DNA of 45,187 bases, taken from positions 1-45,187 of the forward strand of contig CAZRJL010000002.1 in assembly GCA_964600645.1 (NCBI GenBank). Direction: 5' to 3'. The position numbers and the translations under genes are program-made. Below, piece after piece: positions 16,627 to 26,650 of this stretch (positions are counted from its first letter, which is position 1; every line of letters begins with the position of its first letter). The DNA comes from an uncultured Bdellovibrionales bacterium. Lineage in GTDB: Bacteria; Patescibacteriota; Minisyncoccia; Moranbacterales; UBA9337. The notes beneath the pieces were generated by a model. That model was not told the DNA's origin and made no database searches. It saw only the letters and a list, made by a program, of their open reading frames with translations.

Positions 16627-17316
16627 CTATTCCGCACGGGCAATTTGCCCGTGGAAAAATTCCTCCGGATACAGAGCGTAAAAACCTCCGCTCTGTATAT
16701 CTATCATTAGATAAGGAATAAAGCCCTTATCTTCTTCTTCTGTATTAACAACAACATCCCCCCCAATATCCATGATAAAAAATTTATCCTGAATCTTGAC
16801 AACAGCAACGGAATGATCTTCATCGTCGCCCAAGAGGATCGCCTTTTTGTATCCAAAGACAAAGTAGACTTCTGCCTCTGGAAAAAGGTCTTTTATCACC
16901 AAAATCTCGGCGATTGCAAATTCTTCACAATCACCTTTTTCGCTTTCCAAAAACTGGCCAAGCGTCTGCCAGTTATTGTCATTATCCTTTTCCTTAACAT
17001 ATTCAAGGGAAAAAACTATACTTCCTTGAATTTTGTTTAGGCTTTTTTTATTCAGACCTTTCTCTTTGAGGGGTCTAAACTTTTCAAGCAATTTTTTCAC
17101 CTTGGAATTCTTCTCGGAATTCTTCATCTCTCTTTGTGAGGCCTCGAATGAGGCCTCCCAGGATTTTTTATACCCTGGAAAACTTTCAGGAGCATACTTC
17201 TCCTGAATGTATCCCGGAAAAACTTCCGACGGCGTGGCATCGCCACCAAAACAGCTATTGCTCCAACCAAGGAGCAAACAACAGAAAAAAATAATATTAT
17301 AGATATTTTTCTTCAT
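16627..17316 (-). CDS. secreted transglutaminase-like cysteine peptidase (BTLCP-like), putative
   Basis: 229 aa. Signal peptide (IIFFCCLLLGWSNSCFG) and Cys-His-Asp pattern GDCEEFAIAEILVIKDL...DHSVAVVKIQDKFFIMD. Confidence 0.55.
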   Translation of the reverse strand: MKKNIYNIIFFCCLLLGWSNSCFGGDATPSEVFPGYIQEKYAPESFPGYKKSWEASFEASQREMKNSEKNSKVKKLLEKFRPLKEKGLNKKSLNKIQGSIVFSLEYVKEKDNDNNWQTLGQFLESEKGDCEEFAIAEILVIKDLFPEAEVYFVFGYKKAILLGDDEDHSVAVVKIQDKFFIMDIGGDVVVNTEEEDKGFIPYLMIDIQSGGFYALYPEEFFHGQIARAE

Positions 17317-17517
17317 CTTTTGCCTCCTTTGGCAATGGTTTTTAAAATGTCAAAAAAACTTTTTTAACCTTCTATTATATACCTAAAAAACAATTTTGTC
17401 AACCATGCGCGCAAATCGTTCGAAATCCTCCTTCAACACCTATCAATTATTGATACACAAAAAATTTTGTATTATTTCAAAAAAACACCGTCTTAAAGCG
17501 GTGTTTTCGCATAAATT

Positions 17518-18762
17518 TTATTTCCCCATCTTTCTTCGGATAAACGCCGGAATTTCCAATTCGTCGTCTTCATCTTCTTCCTTTTTTGTTTCTCCGCGCA
17601 GAGACACTCTCTGCGGTTGCACTTTTTCTTCAATAATCATTTTGCTTTCGATTTTTCTAGTGGGAAAGGTTATCTCTTCTTTCAAATCCCCTTCATCCTC
17701 TTTTCGAGATTCAATTTGGACCTTTTCAGTTCTTTCCAACGGTCTGATATTTTCTTTTTTTGCCGCCATTCGAGAAATTTCTTCAGCCGTGAATTTGTTG
17801 GTTTTTTCCACATCAAATCCGGTCGCCACCACAGTAATATGAATATCTCCCTTGCGAATCTGATCATCAGTAACAGCTCCGAAAATAACTTTCGCATTGG
17901 GATCGATGTTTTCCGTAATAATATTCGCCGCTTCGTTTATTTCCAACATCGTCAAATCACTGGACCCGGAAACATTAAACAAAACTCCGCGCGCGCCATC
18001 GATGGAAAGTTCCAAAAGCGGGCTGTTGATTGCCGCTTGCGCCGCTTCCGCCGCTCGGTTTTCTCCGCTGGCAATTCCAATTCCCATCAATGCCGATCCG
18101 CTGTCCGCCATAATCGTCCGCACATCCGCAAAGTCAACATTAACAATACCCGGTTTGGTAATCAAATCGGAAATTCCCTGCACGCCTTGTCTGAGCACAT
18201 CATCCACAATTCTGAAAGCGTTTATCAAAGTGGTTTTTCTGTCGATAATTGAAAGAAGTTTGTCATTGGGAATAGTAATCAATGTGTCTACTCTTTCTTT
18301 TAAATTATTGATGGATTCTTCCGCAATCGTTTTTCTTTGCGCTCCTTCAAAAGCAAACGGCTTAGTAATTACTGCCACCGTCAAAGCTCCGATTTCCTTG
18401 GCGGTCTCAGCAACAATCGGACCCGCTCCGCTTCCGGTTCCTCCGCCAGATCCATACACGACAAAAATCATATCCGCTCCTTTAAGCACTTCTTGAATCT
18501 CATCACGATTTTCTTCTGCCGCTTGACGACCAACCTCGGGATTCATTCCGGCTCCCAATCCCTTAGTCAAATTTTTCCCAATGTGCACTTTCTCTGCCGC
18601 TTTCGAATGATGCAATGCTTGAGCGTCGGTATTAATAGCCACAAATTCAACTCCTTTGATTTTTGATTCAATCATTCTTGAAATAGCATTGCTCCCTGAA
18701 CCTCCAACACCAACAACCTTTATTTTTGCAAAAGTTTCAATTTCCGGTTTTATTTCCGCCAT
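17518..18762 (-). CDS. ftsZ: cell division protein FtsZ
   Basis: 414 aa. GVGGSGSNAISRM, the tubulin signature GGGTGSGAGP, and a long acidic C-terminal linker ending in IPAFIRRK. Confidence 0.95.
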   Translation of the reverse strand: MAEIKPEIETFAKIKVVGVGGSGSNAISRMIESKIKGVEFVAINTDAQALHHSKAAEKVHIGKNLTKGLGAGMNPEVGRQAAEENRDEIQEVLKGADMIFVVYGSGGGTGSGAGPIVAETAKEIGALTVAVITKPFAFEGAQRKTIAEESINNLKERVDTLITIPNDKLLSIIDRKTTLINAFRIVDDVLRQGVQGISDLITKPGIVNVDFADVRTIMADSGSALMGIGIASGENRAAEAAQAAINSPLLELSIDGARGVLFNVSGSSDLTMLEINEAANIITENIDPNAKVIFGAVTDDQIRKGDIHITVVATGFDVEKTNKFTAEEISRMAAKKENIRPLERTEKVQIESRKEDEGDLKEEITFPTRKIESKMIIEEKVQPQRVSLRGETKKEEDEDDELEIPAFIRRKMGK

Positions 18763-18899
18763 AATATTTTAAGTGAAAAAAATAAATAAACTGTAATTCC
18801 TTGGTTTATAAATCTACCACACCAAAACCCTTGATGTCAAGAAAAAAGAAGATACACCGCTTTTTTGCCTTGTCGTCAAGACCCCACCTGAATGGACTT

Positions 18900-20168
18900 T
18901 TAAGGAAGAAATTTTTTTATCCATTTTTTCATTTTATCCGAAATGATTTTTAACACCGAAGAAAAATCCCCCAACCATTTCATTTCGCCATTCTCTCTGG
19001 CTGAATTTTTATGCGCGCCTTCTTCTTGCGCCCACAAAATCAAACCGATTGCCACAGAAAAAGACGGGTCGTCAACTTTATCCAAAATTCCTCCAAGCCT
19101 TATCGGATAACCGATTTGCGCCGGAAGTCCTAAGCTATCCTTGGCAAACTCAACAATTTGAGGAAGCTTGGATCCTCCGCCCGCCAAAACAATTCCCGCC
19201 GGAAGCAATCCGGCTTTGCCGATTTTCTTCAATTCCCTTCCGACCAAATCAAAAATTTCTTCCAAGCGCGCTTCAATTATTTCAGCCACATGAAAACGAG
19301 AAACCGCTCCTTCTTCCTGCGAATCAATTTCTGACAAATCGATATCTTCATTTTTTTCAACCGTATTGGCAAAAGCACAACCATATTCCAATTTTATTTT
19401 TTCAGCTGTTTCAATTGAAGTACGCAATCCGATGGCCACGTCATTGGTAATATGATTGGCTCCAATAGGTAAAATTGCCAAGTGAATCAAATCGCCTTCC
19501 TCAAAAACAGAAACGGAAGTCGTCGCCCCTCCGATATCCACCAACGCCACCCCCAACTCTTTTTGCTTTTTATCCAAAACAGCATTAGCCGCCGCCAACG
19601 GACTCAAAATCAAACTATGCGCTTCGATTTCATTTTGCTCAATACTTCTGTTTAGATTTTTGATATGTCCGGAAAATCCCTCAATAACAAGAGCATCCAC
19701 TTCCAACCTTACGCCATTCATTCCTAGCGGATCTTTGATATTATCTTGATCATCCAAGCGGTATGATTTTGGAATAATATGCAAAATTTCCCGATTAGGC
19801 GGAATAGAAATAGTCTGAGCGGCATCCACCACGCGCGCAATATCACTTTCTATAACCTCGCCGTCCGCTTTTCCCACAGCCACTACGCCTTTCGAGCTTT
19901 GAAAATCAATTCCCGTTCCGCCGATACTGGCAATTACAGTTGAAACTTTTTTGCCCGCCATCAATTCAGCCGCCACAACGGATTCCTTGATTGAATTTGC
20001 CATATCCTCAACATCAATCACAACGCCCTTTCTGGCTCCGGAAGATGGCGCTATGCCAACCCCGATAATTCTTGGAATATCTTCATCAGGAATAATTTGG
20101 GCGATAACGGTTCTCACATTGGCGCTACCGACATCCAATCCGACTATAATATTGTCATTTTTAGACAT
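18900..20168 (-). CDS. ftsA: cell division protein FtsA
   Basis: Actin-like ATPase (IIVGLDVGSANVRTVIAQ, VDIGGATTSVSVF, LAGGGSKLP). The start is taken as the internal ATG (MSKNDNIIVG, codon 79 of the track ORF), because the TTG-initiated extension overlaps dgkA. My manual homopolymer count near 20157-20182 was ambiguous by 1 nt, so I followed the track frame. Confidence 0.9.
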   Translation of the reverse strand: MSKNDNIIVGLDVGSANVRTVIAQIIPDEDIPRIIGVGIAPSSGARKGVVIDVEDMANSIKESVVAAELMAGKKVSTVIASIGGTGIDFQSSKGVVAVGKADGEVIESDIARVVDAAQTISIPPNREILHIIPKSYRLDDQDNIKDPLGMNGVRLEVDALVIEGFSGHIKNLNRSIEQNEIEAHSLILSPLAAANAVLDKKQKELGVALVDIGGATTSVSVFEEGDLIHLAILPIGANHITNDVAIGLRTSIETAEKIKLEYGCAFANTVEKNEDIDLSEIDSQEEGAVSRFHVAEIIEARLEEIFDLVGRELKKIGKAGLLPAGIVLAGGGSKLPQIVEFAKDSLGLPAQIGYPIRLGGILDKVDDPSFSVAIGLILWAQEEGAHKNSARENGEMKWLGDFSSVLKIISDKMKKWIKKFLP

Positions 20169-20182
20169 AAAATATGAAAAAA

Positions 20183-20557
20183 TCAATAAATTTCTCTTAA
20201 ATACGGCAGAAAGATTATTATTCCCACCACCAAGGCCACCACCGAGGAAATCAACACGACCGCCGCCATAATATCCTTGATCAATCGCGCATAGGGATGA
20301 ATTCGCGGTTTGAGCATATCCACAACTCTTTCCATTACCGTATTTATGAGTTCGGCCACCAAAACCCACATAATCATCAATACCAAAATTATGGCTTCCC
20401 AATTTTTAATTTTGAAATACCAAATAAGAAATAAGACTGCTACTGCCGCCAACAATTCTATTTGAAAATTTCTCTCATTTTTGAATGCGTAAAAAAATCC
20501 GCGCGCGGCATGACCCAGACTTTTTCTAAAATTGCGAATTCTATTTTCTTGTTTCAT
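20183..20557 (-). CDS. dgkA: diacylglycerol/undecaprenol kinase (DgkA family)
   Basis: 124 aa, three TM helices, FKNERNFQIE and ELINTVMERVVD motifs. Confidence 0.85.
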   Translation of the reverse strand: MKQENRIRNFRKSLGHAARGFFYAFKNERNFQIELLAAVAVLFLIWYFKIKNWEAIILVLMIMWVLVAELINTVMERVVDMLKPRIHPYARLIKDIMAAVVLISSVVALVVGIIIFLPYLREIY

Positions 20558-20592
20558 TTTTTTATTTTATGATTTACGTTTTCGTCAATCAA

Positions 20593-21048
20593 TCATTTTT
20601 TCTCAAAAAACAAATCGACGATCTGATTTTGAATCAAGAACATTTTTTCCCCGTGCCCAATTCCCAACAAATGAAGAATTCCGTGAGAAAATATATAACC
20701 CAACTCCGCGGAAAAACTCATACTGTTTATTTTAGCAGATTTTTTTATATATTCACAGCAGAGTATTATTTCCCCGAGAAAAATATTTTTCTCTCTCTTT
20801 TCTTTTTGGCTCAAATTCTCAAAATTGGAAAAAGAAAGAATATCAGTAGGCGCATCTTTTCTTCTGTATTTCTTGTTTATTTGCCGAATTTCATCCAAAC
20901 TCACCAACGCCACACTCACGGAAACATCCTTGCCAGATAAAATTTCAAACTCCTTTGTTTTTTGGATAGTGCTTTGAAAAATTTTTTCCAACAAATCTTT
21001 TTCCACCTTGCAACCCGTCTTGTTGTTTATTTCCAAAATCAAATTCAT
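20593..21048 (-). CDS. ybeY: rRNA maturation RNase YbeY
   Basis: 151 aa. HGILHLLGIGHGE (HxxxHxxxxxH zinc motif). Confidence 0.9.
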   Translation of the reverse strand: MNLILEINNKTGCKVEKDLLEKIFQSTIQKTKEFEILSGKDVSVSVALVSLDEIRQINKKYRRKDAPTDILSFSNFENLSQKEKREKNIFLGEIILCCEYIKKSAKINSMSFSAELGYIFSHGILHLLGIGHGEKMFLIQNQIVDLFFEKK

Positions 21049-21494
21049 AATTCCTCTTCAACAATTTTCTTTACCAAGCCGCCTTCGGCTTTTCCCTTCA
21101 CTTTTGCCATCACCGCTCCCATAATTTTCCCCATCTCAGCTTTACTCTTTGCGCCGGATTTTTCAATTTCGTTTCGGATAATTTGACGCAACTCTTCTTC
21201 TCCGAGTTGCTCCGGAAGATACTGCGCCAAAATCTTTATTTCTCCATCTTCTTTCTCCGCCAAGTCTTCACGTCCTCCGTTTCTATATTGCTCAATACTG
21301 TCTTTTCTTTGCTTGATTGAACGAGCAACCAACTCAACCACCTCATCATCAGAAAGCCCCTGCTCTCTTTTTCCTTTTTCTATCTCGACATTTTTAATCA
21401 TACTGTCAAGCATTCGCAAAACATCGCGACGCGTGGCATCGCCGGCTTTCATTGCTTCTTTTATATCTGTTTGAATTTTTTTTCTTAGTTCCAT
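21045..21494 (-). CDS. yqeY: GatB/YqeY domain protein
   Basis: MELRKKIQTDIKEAMKAGDATRRDVLRMLDSMIKNVEIEKG... Trimmed to the MELRKK start (the track ORF starts at 21521). Confidence 0.8.
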   Translation of the reverse strand: MELRKKIQTDIKEAMKAGDATRRDVLRMLDSMIKNVEIEKGKREQGLSDDEVVELVARSIKQRKDSIEQYRNGGREDLAEKEDGEIKILAQYLPEQLGEEELRQIIRNEIEKSGAKSKAEMGKIMGAVMAKVKGKAEGGLVKKIVEEEL

Positions 21495-21569
21495 TTTTTT
21501 GTTAAAATAAATATTTTGCAAATCCTACATTGTTATTTTCACCCATCCACCTGTTCAAAATCCATAATA

Positions 21570-21612
21570 CAAAGCGCAATTTTTACATTTTAAATTGTAA
21601 TTTTGCGCTTTG
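21570..21612 (-). terminator. hairpin terminator after rpsU
   Basis: CAAAGCGCAA ... TTGCGCTTTG, a 10-bp stem with a T-rich 3' flank on the minus strand. Confidence 0.5.
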
Positions 21613-21635
21613 AGATTTGAATTTTGAGATTCTGT

Positions 21636-21890
21636 CTATTTTTCCATTTTTCTCTTAATATTCTTTAGAGCTTCTTCGTCAAATTTGTCCATTTTCTTCA
21701 ATTTGTCGATTTCCTTTCGGATTTTGACTTTATACAAAGCTTCCTTTCGCTTTTCTGTTTTGCTTTTCTCGTCTTTTTGAAAACGACTCCTTCTGGCTTT
21801 CACTAAAACTCCGCTTTGTTGAACCATTCGAGAAAATCTTCGAATCAAACTGTCCGAAGCCTCCCTATCTTTCTTTTTTACTTCAATCAT
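21636..21890 (-). CDS. rpsU: 30S ribosomal protein S21
   Basis: 84 aa. MIEVKKKDREASDSLIRRFSRMVQQSGVLVKARRSRFQKDEKSKTEKRK. Confidence 0.9.
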   Translation of the reverse strand: MIEVKKKDREASDSLIRRFSRMVQQSGVLVKARRSRFQKDEKSKTEKRKEALYKVKIRKEIDKLKKMDKFDEEALKNIKRKMEK

Positions 21891-21920
21891 ACAAAAACCC
21901 CCTTTCTGATTAATTCTATA

Positions 21921-22313
21921 TTATAAATTATCCTTTATCTTTTTGGCCGCCAAAATCATTTCATTTTCGCTCAATTCTTTTGTATTGTTCAAATCAATCG
22001 AAGCGCCATGACCGTCATTGGAAAATCTCGGAACCAACCAAATATGCGCATGCCCCACCTCTTCCCCGAAAACCAACGACACAACATAGTCCGTCTCAAA
22101 AGCCTTTTTCAACACATTGGCAATTTTCCCTGCTACTTGATAATATTCTCCGATATTCGGAACATCCCACACCCAGCGATAATGTTTTTTCGGAATAATC
22201 AATGTATGTCCGATATTAAGCGGACGGATATCCAAAAACGCCAAAAAATTATCATCTTCATACACTTTATAGCTTGGAATTTCTCCCGCCGCTATTTTAC
22301 AAAATACACACAT
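21921..22313 (-). CDS. HIT family (histidine triad) protein
   Basis: 130 aa. CVFCKI, NIGHTLIIPKKH and the histidine triad GHAHIWLVP. Confidence 0.85.
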   Translation of the reverse strand: MCVFCKIAAGEIPSYKVYEDDNFLAFLDIRPLNIGHTLIIPKKHYRWVWDVPNIGEYYQVAGKIANVLKKAFETDYVVSLVFGEEVGHAHIWLVPRFSNDGHGASIDLNNTKELSENEMILAAKKIKDNL

Positions 22314-22321
22314 TTGATTTT

Positions 22322-23755
22322 TTAATGGCTCTTGTGTTCGCCGTTTCCATTGCGGATTATCAATTTACTCTTAAGCGCTTTTTTGATCGCACCAACCAAT
22401 CTGGACTGCGTCATCGTTTCTTGTGTTCCGCTGGCCATATTTTTCACAATAACAGTTTCATCCAGTGCTTCCTTTTGCCCCATAATTAAAGTTATATCAA
22501 CGCCCAAGCGGTTTGCCGCGCGCATCTGCGCTTTGAGACTTCCTCTTCCGAAACTCTCGGCAGTAAGTATTCCATTTCTTTCCAACTCAGCAAACAAGCG
22601 GAGACTTTTCTTTTTTGCCAAACTTCCAAGCTGAGCCAAGAAAACTTTCGGCCGCGGTGGTTTGTATGATTTAGCATTAATTCTTTTCATTTCCATCACC
22701 AAGCGCTCAATTCCCAAACCGAAACCGATTGCCGGCGTGCTTTCTCCTCCGATTGCTTCAATTAATCCGTTATAACGTCCGCCGCCTCCCAATGAATGTT
22801 TCTTTCCTCCCTCATCCAGTGTCCAAATTTCAAAAACAGTTCGAGTGTAATAATCCAAACCCCTCACCAAATGAGGATTGATTGTATATGATAACTCCAA
22901 TTCATCCAGATATTCCAAAAGGCTTTTGAAATGCGTTCGACAATCAGCACAAAGATGATCCACTGTTTGTGGCGCTCCGGCAGCTACCTGAGAACACTTA
23001 TCTTCTTTACAATCAAGTATTCGCAGAGGATTTATTTCCAACCTGTTTTTGCAATCTTTACACAGCTTTTGCTTCTTCGATTCGAAATAGCTCACCAGAA
23101 GCTGCAAATATTCCTTCCGGCACTGCGGACATCCGATACTGTTGACTTGGAATTGCACTCCCTTTATTCCCAAACTACTGAGTACTCCGTCGGCCAACTG
23201 AAAAACCTGCGCGTCCAAAATCGAATCATCTTCTCCAAAAACATCAAAGTTTGCTTGCCAATGTTCGCGATATCTTCCTTCTTGCGGCCTATCGTAGCGA
23301 TACACAGGGCCAATGGAAAAAAGTTTCACCGGTTTTACATAAACATTCATTCCATGTTGAATATACGCGCGCGCGATTCCGGCAGTAAATTCCGGACGAA
23401 GAGCTACCTTATCCTTTCCGCGAGTCACAAAAGAATACAGCTCCTTATCTACAACATCCGTTCCTTCGCCAATTGAACGCACAAAAAGATTGGCATATTC
23501 CAAAACCGGAACATCAATTCTTTGATATCCGAATTTCTGGCAAGATTTTTCTAAAACATTACGCACCTGATTCCAATACGGCTGTTCTCCTGGCAAGATA
23601 TCGTGCATCCCTCGCACGGTTTGAAGCAGAATCGGCTCTTTGGGAATAGTATTGGCATTTTTTCTATCCGCCTTCTTAACTTTATTCACCCTGGCTGGAT
23701 TGGATTTTTTTACAGCAATTTTTTTTCTTAGCATATTATTTTTGAAAATTAACAC
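22322..23755 (-). CDS. hisS: histidine--tRNA ligase
   Basis: Class II motifs (VRGMHDILP, FRPEF-like ALRPEFTAGIARAY, RGLDYYTRTVFE, GGGGRYNGL). N-terminal basic extension. Alternative start at 23734. Confidence 0.9.
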   Translation of the reverse strand: MLIFKNNMLRKKIAVKKSNPARVNKVKKADRKNANTIPKEPILLQTVRGMHDILPGEQPYWNQVRNVLEKSCQKFGYQRIDVPVLEYANLFVRSIGEGTDVVDKELYSFVTRGKDKVALRPEFTAGIARAYIQHGMNVYVKPVKLFSIGPVYRYDRPQEGRYREHWQANFDVFGEDDSILDAQVFQLADGVLSSLGIKGVQFQVNSIGCPQCRKEYLQLLVSYFESKKQKLCKDCKNRLEINPLRILDCKEDKCSQVAAGAPQTVDHLCADCRTHFKSLLEYLDELELSYTINPHLVRGLDYYTRTVFEIWTLDEGGKKHSLGGGGRYNGLIEAIGGESTPAIGFGLGIERLVMEMKRINAKSYKPPRPKVFLAQLGSLAKKKSLRLFAELERNGILTAESFGRGSLKAQMRAANRLGVDITLIMGQKEALDETVIVKNMASGTQETMTQSRLVGAIKKALKSKLIIRNGNGEHKSH

Positions 23756-23773
23756 TCGATGATTTTAAGAAAT

Positions 23774-24457
23774 TTATTTAGAATAATCCTCAGATTGCAA
23801 ATACAAATGCATTTTATTTAATGGCCACGCCCTAATCAACACTTTTCCGATAACATCAGTATTGCGAATTGCTCCCCAAACCCTTGAATCGGAACTATTC
23901 GGACGATTATCCCCCATAACAAAATATTCATCCTTACCTATTGTCTTGACAAAATCAGATCCACCTTCGTGAGTTTGCGTTATGACGCTTTCATCTAAAT
24001 AATCACTCTCGTCCAATATTCTTCCTCCTAACCATCGATCGTTATCTATAAACACTTTTCCATTCTTTATTTCTATTGTTTCTTCGGGTAATCCAATGAC
24101 TCTTTTGATATAAAATTGCCTCGGATCTTTCGGATAGCGGAACACAATTACATCCCCTCTTTCAAGTTTGCGAAATGGACTGAGTGTGGCAATTTTCATA
24201 TCTTCAATTCCAATTTCAGTTTTTTTATATCCGATTTCATTGACAATCAAATATTCTCCATCATCAAAACTCGGCTCCATACTAGCACCTTGGACAAAAA
24301 ATGGCTGAAAAACAAACACGCGAATGGGAATGATAATAATTAAGGCCAAGAAAAATATTTTTATTATTTCCACAAAAAAACCGCCGACGCCGTATGAAGC
24401 GTCTTCTTGAACGTCTATTTCTTTGTCGAAATTATCCGAAGCCATCAAAATAAACAC
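23774..24457 (-). CDS. lepB: signal peptidase I
   Basis: GASMEPSF (catalytic Ser), YIKRVIGLPEE (catalytic Lys) and GDNRPNSSDSR. Confidence 0.9.
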   Translation of the reverse strand: MFILMASDNFDKEIDVQEDASYGVGGFFVEIIKIFFLALIIIIPIRVFVFQPFFVQGASMEPSFDDGEYLIVNEIGYKKTEIGIEDMKIATLSPFRKLERGDVIVFRYPKDPRQFYIKRVIGLPEETIEIKNGKVFIDNDRWLGGRILDESDYLDESVITQTHEGGSDFVKTIGKDEYFVMGDNRPNSSDSRVWGAIRNTDVIGKVLIRAWPLNKMHLYLQSEDYSK

Positions 24458-24573
24458 AATAAAATATTACCCGCCTCATTTCGAGGCTCAATACTCCCAC
24501 TCTACCACAACTTTCCAACCACCGCAAGGGTCGCCCTAAAACTATTATTTGCAAGATTTTTATTCAGAGAAAA

Positions 24574-25866
24574 TTATAGTTTGTCATACCCTTTCGCCAA
24601 AGATTGTATTCCCGGAGCGTAATTTGTGTATCCGTAGCAAGTCCATCCCAAATATTTCATAGAAGCGTAAATTTCCCAATCAACTTTTATGCTTTTACCA
24701 TTGCAAGGATTCTTAATACTAACCTTTCCATCGTTTGTCGCGCCATCATTCTCTAGTTTCAAAGCCATCGCTACCACTCCATCCAGAAGATCCCACGGAT
24801 CAGGCGGATTATTCCCGGTTGCCGAAGCAATTCGACTTTTGTATCCCATCCACGTGTCTGACATAAACTGCGCCGCGCCCATTGCTCCGCCGGATCCCGG
24901 ATAACTTTTTGAAGCGCAAGAAACCGGTCTTTTTTTGTAGTTATAATCAAGCTCCTCACATATTTGCTTGAAATATTTTTTTCTGGTCGTAGTCATAATA
25001 CTGTCAGTGTATGTACAATTTCCAGCCAAAGGATTACCTCCCGATTCCATAGACAGCATTCCAAATAAAAATCCTTTTCTTACCCCGGTAATTTTATTGG
25101 CGAATTTTATCGCATCCTTGATTTCTCCAGTATCATAACTCTTTCCCAAGATTCTATTCAAATCACTTTTCAATTCATTCATTTTTTGCTGCAATTCACT
25201 GATTGTTGCTTCTTTTTCCTCGACCTTATCTTCGAAAAATTCTTTCTCATTTACTAAAATATTTTTTTCACCCTGCTTCTCTTCTAAAATCTCTTGGTGC
25301 TCCTCTTTCTCTTCTTTTAATTCATTTTTTTCTTTTTCGAGGCTATTTTGAGATTCTTTTATGCTGTCCATCATAACCACGACTTTCTTTTTCAACCCCG
25401 ACAAGTGATCGCGCATAGCGAATGTTTCCGTAATATTATCATTACTTATGGCGGCATAAAAAAGCGGCCGATTGTAATTATAATATGCCTCCTGAATAAG
25501 CCTTGTTAAAATTTCTTTTTGTTTTTCAATAGTCCTCTCAATTTTTTCAATCTCTCCTTCTTTTCTGGTAATAGTTTCTTCCACGGTTTCAATCACGTTT
25601 GTTGTTTGATTAATCACTGCTTGAGTACTATTGACTGCACCTTGAAGCCTTTGAACGTCACTTTCATATCTCGCTTTTTTTTCCAGCTCTTCTTTTAATT
25701 GTTTTTCTGTTTTTTCAATACTGCTTTCCGCATCCGAAACATCATCCGCGCCACTGGCGATCTGAATTGTAAAAAAAGAAAAAGGGGATGGGGATGGAAA
25801 CAAAAAAACTCCCGCCAAAAAAATGGCGCTCGACAAAACGATTACTTTTTTCTTTTTTAATGTCAT
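24574..25866 (-). CDS. secreted coiled-coil protein with C-terminal lytic transglycosylase-like domain
   Basis: 430 aa. Signal/TM region, ~200 aa of E/K-rich coiled coil, then GMLSMESGGNP...GGAMGAAQFMSDTW (SLT-like). Confidence 0.65.
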   Translation of the reverse strand: MTLKKKKVIVLSSAIFLAGVFLFPSPSPFSFFTIQIASGADDVSDAESSIEKTEKQLKEELEKKARYESDVQRLQGAVNSTQAVINQTTNVIETVEETITRKEGEIEKIERTIEKQKEILTRLIQEAYYNYNRPLFYAAISNDNITETFAMRDHLSGLKKKVVVMMDSIKESQNSLEKEKNELKEEKEEHQEILEEKQGEKNILVNEKEFFEDKVEEKEATISELQQKMNELKSDLNRILGKSYDTGEIKDAIKFANKITGVRKGFLFGMLSMESGGNPLAGNCTYTDSIMTTTRKKYFKQICEELDYNYKKRPVSCASKSYPGSGGAMGAAQFMSDTWMGYKSRIASATGNNPPDPWDLLDGVVAMALKLENDGATNDGKVSIKNPCNGKSIKVDWEIYASMKYLGWTCYGYTNYAPGIQSLAKGYDKL

Positions 25867-25913
25867 ATCATTGGCTATATTTTACCATTTTTAAAAGCGC
25901 CTTGCAAACATAA

Positions 25914-25940
25914 AAACCCCGACACAATGCCGGGGTTTTT
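25914..25940 (-). terminator. hairpin terminator after rplY
   Basis: AAAAACCCCG-loop-CGGGGTTTTT; bidirectional in shape. Confidence 0.55.
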
Positions 25941-25955
25941 GCAATATTCAAAGTA

Positions 25956-26624
25956 TTATTTTTTCTCCTCTTTCTTTTCCCCTTCAGCCGCTTTCTTTTC
26001 CACTCCCGCTACGCTGCTAACATCTTCTTCCACTTTTTCATTCAAGTCTGCCAATTCTTCTTCGCTTCGAGGAGCGGCAATAGAAGCGATTATTGTTTCC
26101 GCATCCACCAAAAACTCGACTTTCTCGGAAACCGGCAAGTCTTTCACGGAAATTCTGTCTTCAAAAGTTTTCAAGGCCGACAAATCAATTTTGAATTCTG
26201 AAGGCATATCCCCAGGAAGACATCGAATCGGAACTTCGTCAATACCTGTAACCAAAATTCCGCCCAGAGCTTTTACCGCCGGTGCTTCTCCGACAAATTC
26301 CAAAGGAATCTCGGTTTCAATTTCTTCATCCATACGCACTTGAAAAAAGTCAACATGAGAAAAATTTCCAACAAGCGGATCAACCTGGGTATCATGAATT
26401 AAAACGCTCATTTTTTTTCCCTCTCCGATTTCCAAATCAATTAAAGTATTTTCCCCTGCTTTTTCATACACACGAAAAAAATCAAGAGCGTTCACCCAAA
26501 GATTTTGAGTTTTGATTTTCTTTCCGTACACAACTGCCGGAACCTTTCCTTCTTTGCGTAGTGCTTTCGCTTTTTTCCCCGACTCCTCTCTGATTTGAGC
26601 CTTTACGAAAATATTATTTGTCAT
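25956..26624 (-). CDS. rplY: 50S ribosomal protein L25, Ctc form
   Basis: 222 aa. GKKAKALRKEGKVPAVVYG, HVDF, and an acidic C-terminal tail. Confidence 0.9.
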   Translation of the reverse strand: MTNNIFVKAQIREESGKKAKALRKEGKVPAVVYGKKIKTQNLWVNALDFFRVYEKAGENTLIDLEIGEGKKMSVLIHDTQVDPLVGNFSHVDFFQVRMDEEIETEIPLEFVGEAPAVKALGGILVTGIDEVPIRCLPGDMPSEFKIDLSALKTFEDRISVKDLPVSEKVEFLVDAETIIASIAAPRSEEELADLNEKVEEDVSSVAGVEKKAAEGEKKEEKK

Positions 26625-26650
26625 ATATTTTTCAATTTTGAATTATTAGA

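Noticed and set aside
20169-20402. The 78-codon N-terminal extension of ftsA (track ORF 18900..20402, TTG start).
   Set aside because: It overlaps the well-supported dgkA gene in another frame and has Gly-rich nonsense-like content. The internal ATG (MSKNDNIIVGLDVGS) matches FtsA N-termini.
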